This document shows positions 35,831-47,945 of a stretch of DNA of 64,000 nucleotides, piece after piece. The notes beneath the pieces were generated by a model. It was not told where the DNA came from. It saw nothing but the letters and a program-made list of their open reading frames with translations, and ran no database searches. Origin of the DNA: Tubiluchus corallicola (taxonomy: Eukaryota; Animalia; Priapulida); contig JAQGDQ010000434.1 in assembly GCA_030141605.1 (NCBI GenBank), positions 134,110 to 198,109 of the forward strand, written 5' to 3'. Numbering within the stretch: the first letter of the stretch is position 1; each line of letters opens with the position of its first letter. The position numbers and the translations under genes were made by a program.

Positions 35831-37734
35831 TTGATTTAAAGCTTCTGTATCTTTGGAAAAATCTAAAGAAATGACCTGAAATTTTTGGTGTTTATACAAA
35901 AGCATCCGTAACATCGGCATAATTTTTGACCGATTCCCTTATTTCTTCTTACAATTAATATCCTAATCAAAACATAATCAATAATCGGCATATTTTTGCC
36001 ACACGATATGTATGTATCATGTATGTGTACATACATAATAGTCCTTGTTTGAAACTTTTTGAAAGTTTTTTCGTTACAGAGATGAAGCTGCAACATTTTC
36101 TTGATGTTTTCTTTAGTAACTACTAAGACACTGACGCAATGAAAGTACACGAAAACACTCATAAATAAAGCTTAAATAACTCGTCGAAATTTTGTACCAC
36201 TTACATGCTTTCTTGTTGCGCACAGCGCTTGCGTTATTAGTAACGCCGTATAAAACGTGTAAATTTTCGCAGCCATTTTAACGCTGTCGTTTAAAACAAG
36301 TTTAAACATTTGAAAAAATAATCAGAGCTTGAACTGTACAATGTGACTGTGTTTTAGTTTATGATTTTACGATGGATCTGTCTCTATTTTCCTATTACTC
36401 TTTATATTTTGTATATTAAAATCGCAATTTTATACGTATTGGTTTTCTGCATAATGGAACGATGTTAAATGTTAAGTACGACTTACTTCGTTTGCAGTAC
36501 TTAGCACATGTTTGCAATGGTGCATAGAACGACTCAACGCGTCATGCACAGGACTATTTCTAGGTCTATTTGTGCATTTCCACGATGTGAAAGCGATTCT
36601 TTTCATCATAATGTAAATTTTTAATTTTGTCATTCCAATTGCTAGAAAAAATTCTTTAGAACGTTGGCCTAACTGAGATGTATCACGGATGCATGTTACG
36701 TTACCTACAGGCATTCTGAGGGCAACGATAATTTGGTTGTAAAAAGAAGTAATTTCAAGATGATGCGCATGGTTAGATGAAAAGTTCCCGAATACGGAAA
36801 GAAACTGAAATTTCTCGCAAAAAATATGTATGATAATAGAAATATTGTCGTTCAATTTTGTACGGTCTCAGCAAATTCTCACTTGGTTAAATTTCATCAG
36901 TTTCTAGTTCAGGGGCGCCCGGCAGCAAATTACAGGGGCGGGGCAGCATTTTTGAATTGGGCACATTTTGTTTACCCATATTTCTAATGACGATATAACT
37001 TATATATAAGGGTATATCTAAGGCACCCCAAATGTCTTCTGCCTCTCACATATTCCTTTTGAAATGAATAAAAAATGAATAATACACAGATGCACGTTTT
37101 CATGTAGACTTCTATTTTGATAATTCCAACTAAAAATGGCAGCTTGATAAATTAAGCACAAACACATGTTCTCGTAAACTCTTCGTGGTAATCGTGGATA
37201 ACCACACATTTTCCATCAAAAAGGCAAATGCTCCCCTTAGGAAAGGGCAAGCGGGCCGCATCATTCTAACAAGCAAAAGTATTCTCTTGGCTTGGGCCCC
37301 CAGGCAATTTAAATTTATTTTTATTACGTAAACATGGTAGCTTAATTATGACATACACACAAAAATTTCACTGATTTTTTTGGGTTAGCAAATGTAGGTC
37401 TGCAGACTGCAAATGGTGGACAGGTGATTGAACCCAGTCTATTTCTGTCTGAGCACTGTTTTGCTTTGTTACGGGATCTATTTGCATGTTGCTGATCATT
37501 TTATGTGAATTGCAACATAACTAATCAAGATGTTTTGTTAAAGTGTTAAACAAACCGACTATAATAGGATCACTATTTAAACAATGTACATAGATTCTAT
37601 TTTTAAAATGTGAAAAGTAAATAGTTGTTGAAATTGTTTGACACGTCAGCGGCTTTTTGTATCATCGTGAGGTGAATGGTGTCGCGAACTTTCTAGAAAT
37701 CGGTGGCCTTTTCTTCTGCACTAAATTATGCAAC

Positions 37735-39483
37735 ATGATTGTAGAAAACAGGCAAGTGAAACTGCCAGTGTTGGCGGAAAAAATTCGTCAAGAGTGTGGA
37801 ATTCACGATAAATTTACTCAAGGTCAGAGTTGCGAAGAATCTGGCTCTTGCGTTTGTGTTCACTTGATTAATGAAGGGATTCCGGACAAACGTGGTGCTT
37901 GTCAGAGTTTAACGATATGTAACCTAAGTGGGAATCACATTGAGTCTTTTGCGCCATTACTGTACTGCGAAAATTTGATGAAATTGGATTTACATAGCAA
38001 CGATATTTCTGAATTGCCCAGTACAGACACGTGGTCGTCACTGGCCCGCTTGAAACTTCTTCTTTTGCACAACAATATGTTAAGTTCGGAAGTACAGGTA
38101 ATGAAACTTTATGGGTGTCGGTCACTTACGGCTCTTACTTTATATGACTGCCCTTTAAGTTTGAGAGAAAACTACAGACTTCGTGTACTTAGGTATTTGT
38201 CTTGCTTAGAGGCTCTGGATCACCACGTTGTGTCTGACGAAGAGGTGACAGCTTGCATTAGCATCAAACCTGGTTCAAAGTTTACAGGTTTGAGTAGCAC
38301 GTTAAGGGTAAATTTGACCAGCGGCACGTTTGTTGAAACGGGCTTAATGAACGAATATGCAATATTATGCTCGATAATGAAAAATATAAACAACATACGA
38401 GCTCACACCAGCCCCATAATTATTGTACAAAAGTTCATTAGAGGCTATCTGACGAGAAAGCACCACAAGGAAGAGAAATTTCGAAAAACCAGTGCTGCAG
38501 TTATTATCCAGCGATTCTACAGACAAGTCCTTGATAGGCGCAATCTAATCCGTAAAAAAAGCAGAAAACCATCTGCCCGTCGCCGCTTAGCTAGGCTTGG
38601 TCAACCTATATGCATAGATGTAAGCAGCCTAAAATTACGAATGGAAAAATTACATCCTGAATATTTGCAGCTACCCGTTGTCACAATTAGCACATGTATA
38701 CCAGAGACAGGAGAGCATACAGTGCATTCCAGGTCAAGCTGCACCCCCCGGCCTGCGATGCGATTTTGCCCCTTGCATATACTATCACACGTAGAAGAAA
38801 AACAACTACTCGAACCTAAGAAGTTGCCCCTATACTTCCAAAAATTGCTCATAAAGGGTCCCGATAGTAGTGGAGTTTCTTCGAAAACAACTCATGGACA
38901 AAAACGGCGAATTGCATTAGAAAAGAGACTCCAGGTCGAAGGTCATGGACTTGACTTAGATTGGAAATGTCGACAAAAGAGTAAGAGCTTAGGAGATCTG
39001 AAATGTTCTTACCATGGGCAAGGAAGCGATGTCCGAGAGCGCAGAAAAGCAGAAGCAAAGAAGTATACAGAACAAGTTCGAAATGAGCTAAAAGAGGGTC
39101 GTCAACTGATGCATGATCTTTGTGTTGCAAGAAAGAAGCTTGCTATAAAGAAAAATATAGATGACAGCAATGAACTTTATAAAGCAATTGCACAAAGAAA
39201 ACTAGAGGATCTACAGCAGGTTCAAGATATGACTACAGCGCAGAAAGTAAAAACGTTTGAATTGAACCAGAAATTAAATGAAATGAGGGGAATATCTTCC
39301 AACTTTCGGAGGCAGTGCAATGCTGTTGCAAGTGCTGTCAACTGGCACGAGCGTAAGCGTATTCTGGAAGAAGTGAGAAAGAATAAGACTAGCACTGTCA
39401 AAGACAGACACAAGAAAGAACGAGAGAGCAGACAATTATTAAAGTCTAACATGAACATACGAAGTCAAGTTAGATACTTCTGA
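37735..39483 (+). CDS. LRRIQ3: Leucine-rich repeat and IQ domain-containing protein 3-like, ~582 aa, apparently single coding exon
   Basis: Long ORF; first ATG at 37735 (the ORF track starts at an upstream TTG). LRRs (LTICNLSGNHI, LMKLDLHSNDI, LKLLLLHNNM), LRR cap ALTLYDCPLSL..YR..LEALDHHVVSDEE as in LRRIQ3, two IQ-like motifs (IVQKFIRGYLTRK, IIQRFYRQ) and a C-terminal coiled coil. A possible donor at 39469 leaves the last few residues uncertain. Confidence 0.88.
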   Translation: MIVENRQVKLPVLAEKIRQECGIHDKFTQGQSCEESGSCVCVHLINEGIPDKRGACQSLTICNLSGNHIESFAPLLYCENLMKLDLHSNDISELPSTDTWSSLARLKLLLLHNNMLSSEVQVMKLYGCRSLTALTLYDCPLSLRENYRLRVLRYLSCLEALDHHVVSDEEVTACISIKPGSKFTGLSSTLRVNLTSGTFVETGLMNEYAILCSIMKNINNIRAHTSPIIIVQKFIRGYLTRKHHKEEKFRKTSAAVIIQRFYRQVLDRRNLIRKKSRKPSARRRLARLGQPICIDVSSLKLRMEKLHPEYLQLPVVTISTCIPETGEHTVHSRSSCTPRPAMRFCPLHILSHVEEKQLLEPKKLPLYFQKLLIKGPDSSGVSSKTTHGQKRRIALEKRLQVEGHGLDLDWKCRQKSKSLGDLKCSYHGQGSDVRERRKAEAKKYTEQVRNELKEGRQLMHDLCVARKKLAIKKNIDDSNELYKAIAQRKLEDLQQVQDMTTAQKVKTFELNQKLNEMRGISSNFRRQCNAVASAVNWHERKRILEEVRKNKTSTVKDRHKKERESRQLLKSNMNIRSQVRYF

Positions 39484-40403
39484 CAAGGGTTGTTGTCATG
39501 CCATCTAAAAAAGGAGCATGCACATATAATACAACTGTGATATTTTTTAAATTGCTGACAACTTGTGTCATAGTTAATAATTTATCAATTTTCTTTTCCT
39601 AGATATATAACATAAATATACCTTGCGCCAAGTGGCTAGTTACTATCGTAGCAATATGCATGAAGCTAGTTATACATTAAATTTCACAATGTTGCATACA
39701 CATCTAAATATCACTGGTAAAATCAAATTATTTTTGCTAAAAATTGAAATTATTGCTGTTTTGCCTTGGTTTTTTACTTTGTATTTCACAAATTTTAGTA
39801 CGTATTTGTGCAGCTCAGCGGAAGCGGTAGGCCTACTAGTTTAAAAATAGGCATTTGGATGGCACGATATAAGGGAATAAATTTTAAAAAAATCGCTGTC
39901 ATCTTTCCAAGTTGTTTGTCCCTTTTTCACCCCTGGAACAAATTGCCAACTGCAACAGTTGATGCACCATCATGTTTAAGAAAGGACCGAAATCAGGTTC
40001 AACTGCTAGATCCCAATGGGTTTGAATTTTAAAATTGAGGTAAAATTATCATTATGCTGATCGACGTGCGTGCGTACATTTTAAAGTCTTCTACACTGTT
40101 GCGTTGCATAGTTAACAGCGTTCTCTACAAAATTATATAGTAAATAGAGACAGCTCACTACATATAGTTAAATTAAGGAGCATTTTGTACAACAAAATAA
40201 AGAAAATAAAGTAGTCGCTTGTTAAACGCACATGTATTGCACGATCACCACAGATCCACTGCAATTAAGATTGTGGTAAACATATGAAAATAATGTGCGC
40301 TTTTGACTGTACCAGATGACATCAAGATAAGGCTGAACACTTTCCAAGCAAGACAGGCTTTTGCAATTACATTTTAGGCATCAGTTTGTATTAATCCAAC
40401 ATT

Positions 40404-40406
<3 letters not shown>

Positions 40407-40502
<96 letters not shown>

Positions 40503-40535
40503 ATATTATTTTATATATATATATATATATATATA
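40407..40535. repeat. Compound microsatellite (CT)~46 followed by (AT)n
   Basis: Pure CT run 40407-40498 and AT run ~40512-40535. Confidence 0.97.
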
Positions 40536-41019
40536 TTACACTATTGAATCAAAAAAAAATTAATTAAAAGTGATGCAAGCCTAAAATTATGGATTTGAAT
40601 GATTCCTCACTTCAACAGCACGTGCTCTTTATCATTAATTTACAATGTTTGAAACGAATTTAGCTGTGATTTCTGTGTACAAATATTTAATTAATAGTGT
40701 TTTTACTGCAGAATGAAATCAACCCAATAAATATTTCCCAGTAAGTTAGTAACTGCATTAAATTTGTAGCTTTGTTTTCAGTACTGTAGTTATATGACTG
40801 CATATTGATCATTTGAGTTTTTGTGATCATTTGCATTTACGCAACTACAGTGAATAAAGCTTGAATTTAATTAGCTGCAGCAACTAATTGTTACCAATTT
40901 ACCATGGCTCCCTAGCATGCCCTTTTCAACATACACTAGGATTGTGCAACTCGTAGTAGAAGATAATAATTAATTTACACTGTGAAAGGGAGAAGATTTC
41001 GTTTATTGATTGACATTCA

Positions 41020-41860
41020 GCATGATATGTGAACTATCGGCCAAACAAAAACAATTGAAAGATAAAATTCATCAATGTAAGAGTGTAAATGAAATTGCTA
41101 AACTAAAATAGGGTAGAAACAGTGTATTAAGGCAAATTCATGACCGGATGAAAGTTACAGAAGAAATACAAGTCTTAGCAGCCGAAAAAAGATTAATATC
41201 ATCATTACAAAACTAGAGCTTTACAAAATCTTGAACCAAAGAAAAATAATGGTGAAATATTAACTGATTCAGCAAGACAAGCTAAAGAGATAGTCAAGCG
41301 GTGTAGCAGAGTTTTTCATGACGCATTGGTAGAAAAAGTAAAGCAAACGTTGGTAGAACCATATGGAATAACCATACCTTTTACTGCTGGAGAAGTATAT
41401 GCTACCGTACAGAGTCTTTACAGAACAATAAAAGTCCGAACTACTGGAACACAGTCTGTAGGGACTTTATGAAGTCTTAGCACATATGCAAAGTTACGCT
41501 GCCAAAATTGAAATGTTGCTTATACAGATCAGTATTGTAAATAAAATGGCCAAAAGTTATAAGTAAGTTCCTCGATAAAATCAGTGAAGAAAAATGGATC
41601 TAGAAGATAAAATGCAGAAGACTTAATGAGGTGGTCATGCTCTGAGATTACCAGAGGACAGTCCACCTATTAAAGTTTTCAGTGAATCATTTCAATCATC
41701 AAAAAAGGCCAAGGGGTGGTAGAGTGCTCTAAGACATGGATGGATTTCACACGAAAAGACCTCCATGAAACATATCTAATTTTGAAATCTATTTCATTGT
41801 GGAGATTAGCAAAAGAATGTACAATATGATGGTAGAAGGTGGACAGTGTAATGTCTTTCA
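41020..41860 (+). mobile_element. Degenerate, internally deleted RTE-clade LINE fragment
   Basis: Stop- and frameshift-ridden translation ICELSAKQKQLKDKI..RNSVLRQIH..PFTAGEVYATVQSL (pre-RT linker), then WPKVIS..EEKW..KIKCRRL..GHALRLPEDSP..TWMDFTRKDL (RTE C-terminus). The RT core is absent. Confidence 0.7.
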
Positions 41861-41878
41861 ATGAGTGATATATATATA

Positions 41879-42853
41879 CAATGTGCACCGCTTAATAGAC
41901 TTACGGCTAATAGACTCAATCAATTTGATTGGCTCAAAAACGCTTGGTATGGGCGGTTTTTATTCTAATATAGATAAAAAGTGTTAGTAATTGACTCAAA
42001 TAACTCTGCATAATTGACTCGATATTTTTGCTTCACATGCTTCAATAAGACACTTTCCTGTGACTGATAAGCTTTTACGACTTTTATATCATTTTAGTTT
42101 ACTTTTGTCCTGTACTATACACAGAAACAATCATGTTAAGTACCGTTTGTTTGTAAGCAGGGCCGTTTATGATACACTAATGTGCTGGCCTGTTGTTTGC
42201 TTTGACCCACCCGTCCACTGCAATTAACCTTGTTCCCTAAGAATTCCTGGAAGCTGAACATTTAATCACTTGCTTAGTGGTTTGCTTTTGAAGCACTGGC
42301 TGTCTTTGCCAGAAAGTTTAATCAGTTAGCTGTTGCTGTTTGCCACTGAGGCATGTACAGTACAGCAAGTACGTCACAATATCAAGCGGCAGCGTAGGTG
42401 AAACTACAGATGAAGCTACTTGCCGGGAAACACGGGCACCACCAACAGTTTAAGCATGCCAAGCGCTAAGTGTTTTACGAAAATACGTGCATCATACAAC
42501 TAAAGAGCCATCTTCTTTGCGATGAAATGAAACAGTCGACTTTGAAGGAATTTTTGTAATTTTTGCAAATAAACAGACTTGTGTGATTTAGAAAAGTGTA
42601 ATTTTTAATTTATTGCCAATTCACTTATCTAAATTAATATTTTAAAATATATATTTTTAAATTTATAACTGCACAAATGAATTTAGGCATTACTTCGTTT
42701 TTAAAATTCATTAAAAACCTTTGCAGAGCATAGTAAGCTGGTGACTCACACTTCTATACCAGTAATACTACACCCATCAGTTAATAGGTTCAGTCGGTTA
42801 ATTGGGTGAAAACACTTCGGTCCCAAAGTGAGTCTATTTAGCGGCACCTACTG
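41879..42853 (+). mobile_element. pogo/Tigger-like non-autonomous DNA transposon (~975 bp)
   Basis: Imperfect TIRs CAATGTGCACCGCTTAATAGACT ... AGTCTATTTAGCGGCACCTACTG set in TA repeats. Internal remnant MKQSTLKEFL* (42527-42559) resembles the pogo transposase C-terminal PIP box. Confidence 0.7.
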
Positions 42854-43606
42854 TGTATATATATATATTCTTCTCTTGCATTTGAAGAAAAGCGTAAAGG
42901 TAGGACTCCATGTACACATTATGCATGATGATGCTGTGATCCGTAATGCTTCATATTTATTCGCTTTTTCTGAGTGCCGGAGAACATATATACATTTACA
43001 AAGCTCATGGTGCTCTTTCTGCCATTTTTGGTTGTTGCTCGTGAAAACTAGAAGTGATAATATTTGGAAGTCATGCCTTCTCAGGGTTTTAACTCGATAG
43101 TTACTGTGGTGGCATTAGCTTATTATTGTCAGGTAGAAGTCTGGTTCCGGATCTGAACTTTTTTGCCTTATAGGTCATATATCGCAACTCAAATTTTTAT
43201 CTTTAAAGATATGGCATAAGAAACCAAGTTTTTTGCCTTGAAGATAAGGCATTGGAGTTGAAGTGTTGTAGCTTAAGCGGGCCTGCATGAGACTAGGATA
43301 ACTCTAAGGCACTGACTAATAGTACGGGATCTGTTTCCGAAAAAGCAGTAAGGCCTTAAAAGATATGGATCCATGTCCGGAAATTCATTAACTAGAAAAT
43401 ACGGATCAGTATCTGAAGGGTAGTGAATAGAAGAACAATTAGTGCCATTTTTGCAATGACAAATTCAGTGTCAGTATTAGGCAGCGTGACTGTAACTTAC
43501 TGTTTGACTCTACACTCTACAGATTTCTTAAGTATACATACAAATGACGATTACTTGTGACTCTTTAATATGGTAATTTAATTTTTTTTAGATTCTAGGT
43601 ATTATA

Positions 43607-45493
43607 ATGCATCCAGATTTGTCACCTCATTTACATACCGAAGAGTGCAATATTCTGATACTACAGTTAAAACAATGTCACATTGAGGTAAGTTAGTTAT
43701 AAAAACAAGTAAGAATCGTCGGTTTGCAGCTAAATAAATTACAGCAGATATTGTGTTTTAAAATGTGAATTAAGTTTGTTTTCAAACATCTAAAGTATGA
43801 AAACTGGCCGGTCATAAGTTTTACATAAAAAGTGTTTTATATGCTTTGCATGAAAAGACATTAGGTACTTGTGAACCAATGCTGTCTTTATTTTTTTACT
43901 GTATGTGTTTTTTGTATAATGTGTAATAAATATTATGCAGCTACAGAATTGGAAAAGTGTAATCTGTTTAACATAATTTAACCTAATCATATTCTTTTCA
44001 CAGAACAAATATAAGAAATATATGGGAGCGTGTAACAATCTTAAGCGTGCTATGGATGCCTGTTTGAAAAATGAGGTAAATTTGTAGAAACATATATATA
44101 AGTTGTATAAGAAACAGTTGGGATTCCCTTCAGTTGCAGTTTTACCTGTGCATGGCTCCTGGTACAACACGTCAACTGCAAACCATTTTATCTACATTTT
44201 CTTGAACACTATCAATTTTACTATTTTTACATACAGCTCTAGGATCACGTATAAATAATGTAAATACAGTCAGACCTCTTTGTAGTGCCTACTTTGGCAT
44301 TGTGGCAAGTTTAGCATTATGAGGTGAAATAATACATACATGTCTATGCAAATACAGACATTTTGTGTTGCTAAAATTTGAGCATTAAGCGAGGTTGACA
44401 TTATAAAGAGGGGCGCTATAAGTTACAATGCAGTTTGACTGTATCTAAAGCAAATTTGTGAAAGTGGAGATTTTACAATTATTGCTGGTGCATCTTTGTC
44501 TATATTTTGCTTTTACTTCTAAATATACAATCTTCAGTTGAATGGAAAGCTGTTTAGAAGGGTGTAAAGCTCAGTAATCAACCTTTGTTGCAGTTTTTAT
44601 GCTTGCTTCTTCTGAGTTTTTATCAAACGTGTTCAATTTCTAAAGTGGCCATAAGTAGCAAACATCTGTATTGTATACATTTCTACATGTAGGCCTACTT
44701 ACAGCTTACCAGTTAATTTCAGCTTAATTTTCCACTTGTCAGTAATTGTGCACATATTCTTACCTAACTCACTTGAACAACAGTCATTGAGATTCTAGGA
44801 TCCTGCAAAGAGTATAAAAAGTGAAAAACTAGAGTTAGTTTCACTAAAACTAAATCATTTCCTATGAACAAGCTATTTGCTAGTTTGATGTTTATTGCAC
44901 ATGCTATTTTTGTGGCGAGCGTTAGCAAAGTTTTTAATAGAATAGTTATTTTCTTTATTTCTTCTCAGTTGACTAATGTTTGTTAAACGAAATACTTGTA
45001 TGCATATGTACTCGCATGTTCGAAATAAAACTACGTTAATAATAATAGTAGGATCAATTCTGGAATTTAACATTGATGCTTTCTTGTATGAGATATGTTT
45101 ACTGTTTAGTTTGTCTTTATTTTTTTTCATAATTGGCAAAAGCATGGCATCAGCCCCATACCAACTTAATCTGTAATACAGCAAAGCCGTCCATTCAATT
45201 CATTGACAAAAAATTGTATAGACATGAGCAAGTAATAATTACATTTGTTGGTCTGCCATGTTTGTACTGTAAACATGTTTTACTGTCTTTGTTTGCTTGT
45301 AAAACGTTGTGCCATAAACTTTTTAAAATTTATACTCCTCATATCATAACTCATTTATGTTTTTTGTTACTTTTTACCATTTCAGCTAGAACGTAATAGA
45401 CGTTTAAACAATGCAAAAGCTTTAGAGAAACGTCAAGAGACCTGGGACAGAATTAGATCTCGTCAAGCTTCTGCTGCTACCAAACCATCTTGA
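43607..45493 (+). CDS. CMC2: COX assembly mitochondrial protein 2 homolog (twin CX9C), 86 aa, 3 coding exons
   Basis: Exons 43607-43687, 44004-44075, 45386-45493. Translation [27 protein letters not shown]|[24 protein letters not shown]|LERNRR..; the N-terminus matches CMC2 and two CX9C motifs are present. Confidence 0.96.
44267..44441. mobile_element. Short Tigger/pogo-like MITE in CMC2 intron
   Basis: TA|CAGTCAGAC ... GTTTGACTG|TA ends with internal GAGG repeats. Confidence 0.55.
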
Positions 45494-46864
45494 TGTGCCG
45501 ATTACATTAGTTATAATGAATTTAGATGAAGTTATGTAAATAGTTTGCACTATGTGCTCTTTTAAATTTTATCTACACTCAGTCTTAAAAATCGTTTATA
45601 AGTCGATTTTGTTTTAAAAATTGTGGATGATACTGCAATTGTACCACTTGGCTGCTTTGTAGGCTGTACTGCGTATGCAAAGATTTTAATATATGAATTT
45701 ATCTTTCAAACTGTTGTTTTTTCAATTTATGTGAACTTTGTCATTTAAAAGTAATGTAAACAACAACAGAATTTTCAATGTTGATTTTTCCAGGTGAGCT
45801 CGTGATACTACCTCACTTACCATAGTGAACTAGTGACCCGACTTTGTTCTTTTTTCTAGTTTTCAACATTTTTTCCTATTTTATACAGAACAAGGTTAAC
45901 AGCAGCACAGCTAAGGAGTTAATGCCCAGCATATCCTCCTTTTTAACCTCTATTTTTTAACAGCAGGTAAAGAAAGGTCATGACACCATGTTCCATTTTT
46001 TTTTGAAATTCGGCTTAACCCGGCTAGAAATTGAACATTTGTATTTGTTTGAAAACACTTTAGTTTTTGTTAGTTTAAAAATAATGCGAGTAGATGATGA
46101 TGCTGAAAATAGTGCCGATTAGAGCATGTTTTGCGTTACCATGCACTGTCTAGTGCTGCCATCTACCGATAAATAACGCAGGGCATTTGCCATCACATGG
46201 CTCAGTGGGACTGAGACTGTTGTGATCGTTTGCAGTATTCTAAAAATTTGTTACAGAACGTTGAAATTTGGATATGGGATATGAAATTCATGGACAGTAA
46301 CAAACAAAATGCAAATGCGTGCTGTATGTGAGGTCATTGCCCAGCCAGGGTTCGGGCAGGCTAAGCACAGACAGCTATTTTTTTGCCCTAAAAGAATAAG
46401 TTTTGCACTCAATGGCCCCTTTTTCCGATTTTACTTTTGTTCACAATCCAGATTTTTGACTTATAAAATTATGATGCCCTACGAGTGAGAGTATAAGCTA
46501 GTTGTTATTTATTGTTTAATACTTTTTGTGGTTCAACAAACGAACATAAGCAAATTGTGAACAACATTCTGTTTGTGATGGGACATAGTGATGACGATGA
46601 GAGTGACGGTGATAATGATGACTTATTTCAATGCTGCAGTTCCTACTACAGTGATGTACAAGGGGTCTCTTGTGATTTTCATTCAACACATTTGCCTGAG
46701 AACAATTAAACCAACACCATAATTGAAAAATGCAACTGCGACTTTTAATAGAAGATTCTGGATAATAATAACAATAATAATAATTTAAAGTTGGCTTTTT
46801 AGATGAACAATTTAATAAAAAGTCCAATTAACATAAGCTCCAAAGAGCTTTTGAGCCGATTGTA

Positions 46865-47037
46865 AATAACAATCTACAGCTACATAATAGAGACTATTAC
46901 CACCCCACTTTACCCTAAATACTACGCGCCAGGCAGGGCAACAGCATGTACCATTTTTAAAGTGTTTGGCATGACCCGGCTGCTGTATCCAACTCACGAC
47001 CTCTCAGAAGGAAAGCAGGCGCATTAACACTAGATTA
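46865..47037 (-). mobile_element. tRNA-derived SINE (MetaSINE-like core), copy 1
   Basis: Minus strand: tRNA-like head with degenerate B box, then GTCATGCCAAACACTTTAAAAATGGTACATGCTGTTGCCCTGCCTGGCGCG. Colinear with the copy at 47769-47945. Confidence 0.7.
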
Positions 47038-47768
47038 AACCGGACCAGTTACAAACCAATCGGTTATAAACAAACCAATTTAGTCAATAAAATCGCGAGA
47101 AACCTGTGTTTGATCTACACACTTTAACACAGTAATATACGCTATTTTTTTCCTTATATTGTTGTGAATAAGTTTCCACAAGCATTGTGTCAATTTGGTG
47201 TAACTGTGACATAAGAACTATCCTGTATCATCACTACACTGTTGCTTGTTATGCTACTTAGTTATCAGATATCACACGTACTTCGTCTATTCTGCGTATC
47301 TAAAATAAAACTGTATTTCGATTGAAAAGTTTAATAAATTGTAGGTTAATTTCATCGTTGATTAATAATTTTGACATTATGATCATTTATAAGTAATTTA
47401 TTACGCATGGGCAGTGTTGGACCACACTAGTGGAGTAAAAAAGCAAACAAGTCCTATCATTATTGATTATTCTAGGGTTAGTAAACTAACATTTGGAATG
47501 CTAAAAGCATTGGAAGAGGGCCATTGGAATTGAATCAGATTTATCGCAATGTCTTGATTGCAAGCTAGAGACTTGGTGGTCTAAGACGTTGAGTTGTCGG
47601 GTTAGCCTAAACATCCCTGTTAGCAGTCATTGCTGACTCACTTGTGATTTATTCCGCTTTTTCTTTAGCCATATTTAGACTCAAAAGTTGAATGTGTGAC
47701 AATTTATTATATCATTTTAGTAATCTTTTAGTTAATGCTAAGTTTAATAGCTTTTTTCGCCGACTATA

Positions 47769-47945
47769 GATAACAAATCTGCACCTACATAGCAGACACA
47801 GTTATTACCCCACTTTTACCCAAAAATACCACGCGCCAGGCAGGACAACAGCAGGTACCATTTTTAATGTCTTTGGCATTACCCAGCCGCAGCATCGAAC
47901 TCCCAGCCTCCCAGACGGAAAGCGCACACGTTATCAATAGACTTA
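47769..47945 (-). mobile_element. tRNA-derived SINE (MetaSINE-like core), copy 2
   Basis: Minus strand GGGAGTTCGATGC B-box-like head, then GTAATGCCAAAGACATTAAAAATGGTACCTGCTGTTGTCCTGCCTGGCGCG. Confidence 0.7.

Noticed and set aside
37657-37734. N-terminal extension of LRRIQ3 from TTG
   Set aside because: Non-ATG start called by the ORF finder; the first ATG is at 37735.
41021-41472. Possible further LRRIQ3 exon
   Set aside because: Contains stops and a frameshift, and matches a LINE ORF2 linker.
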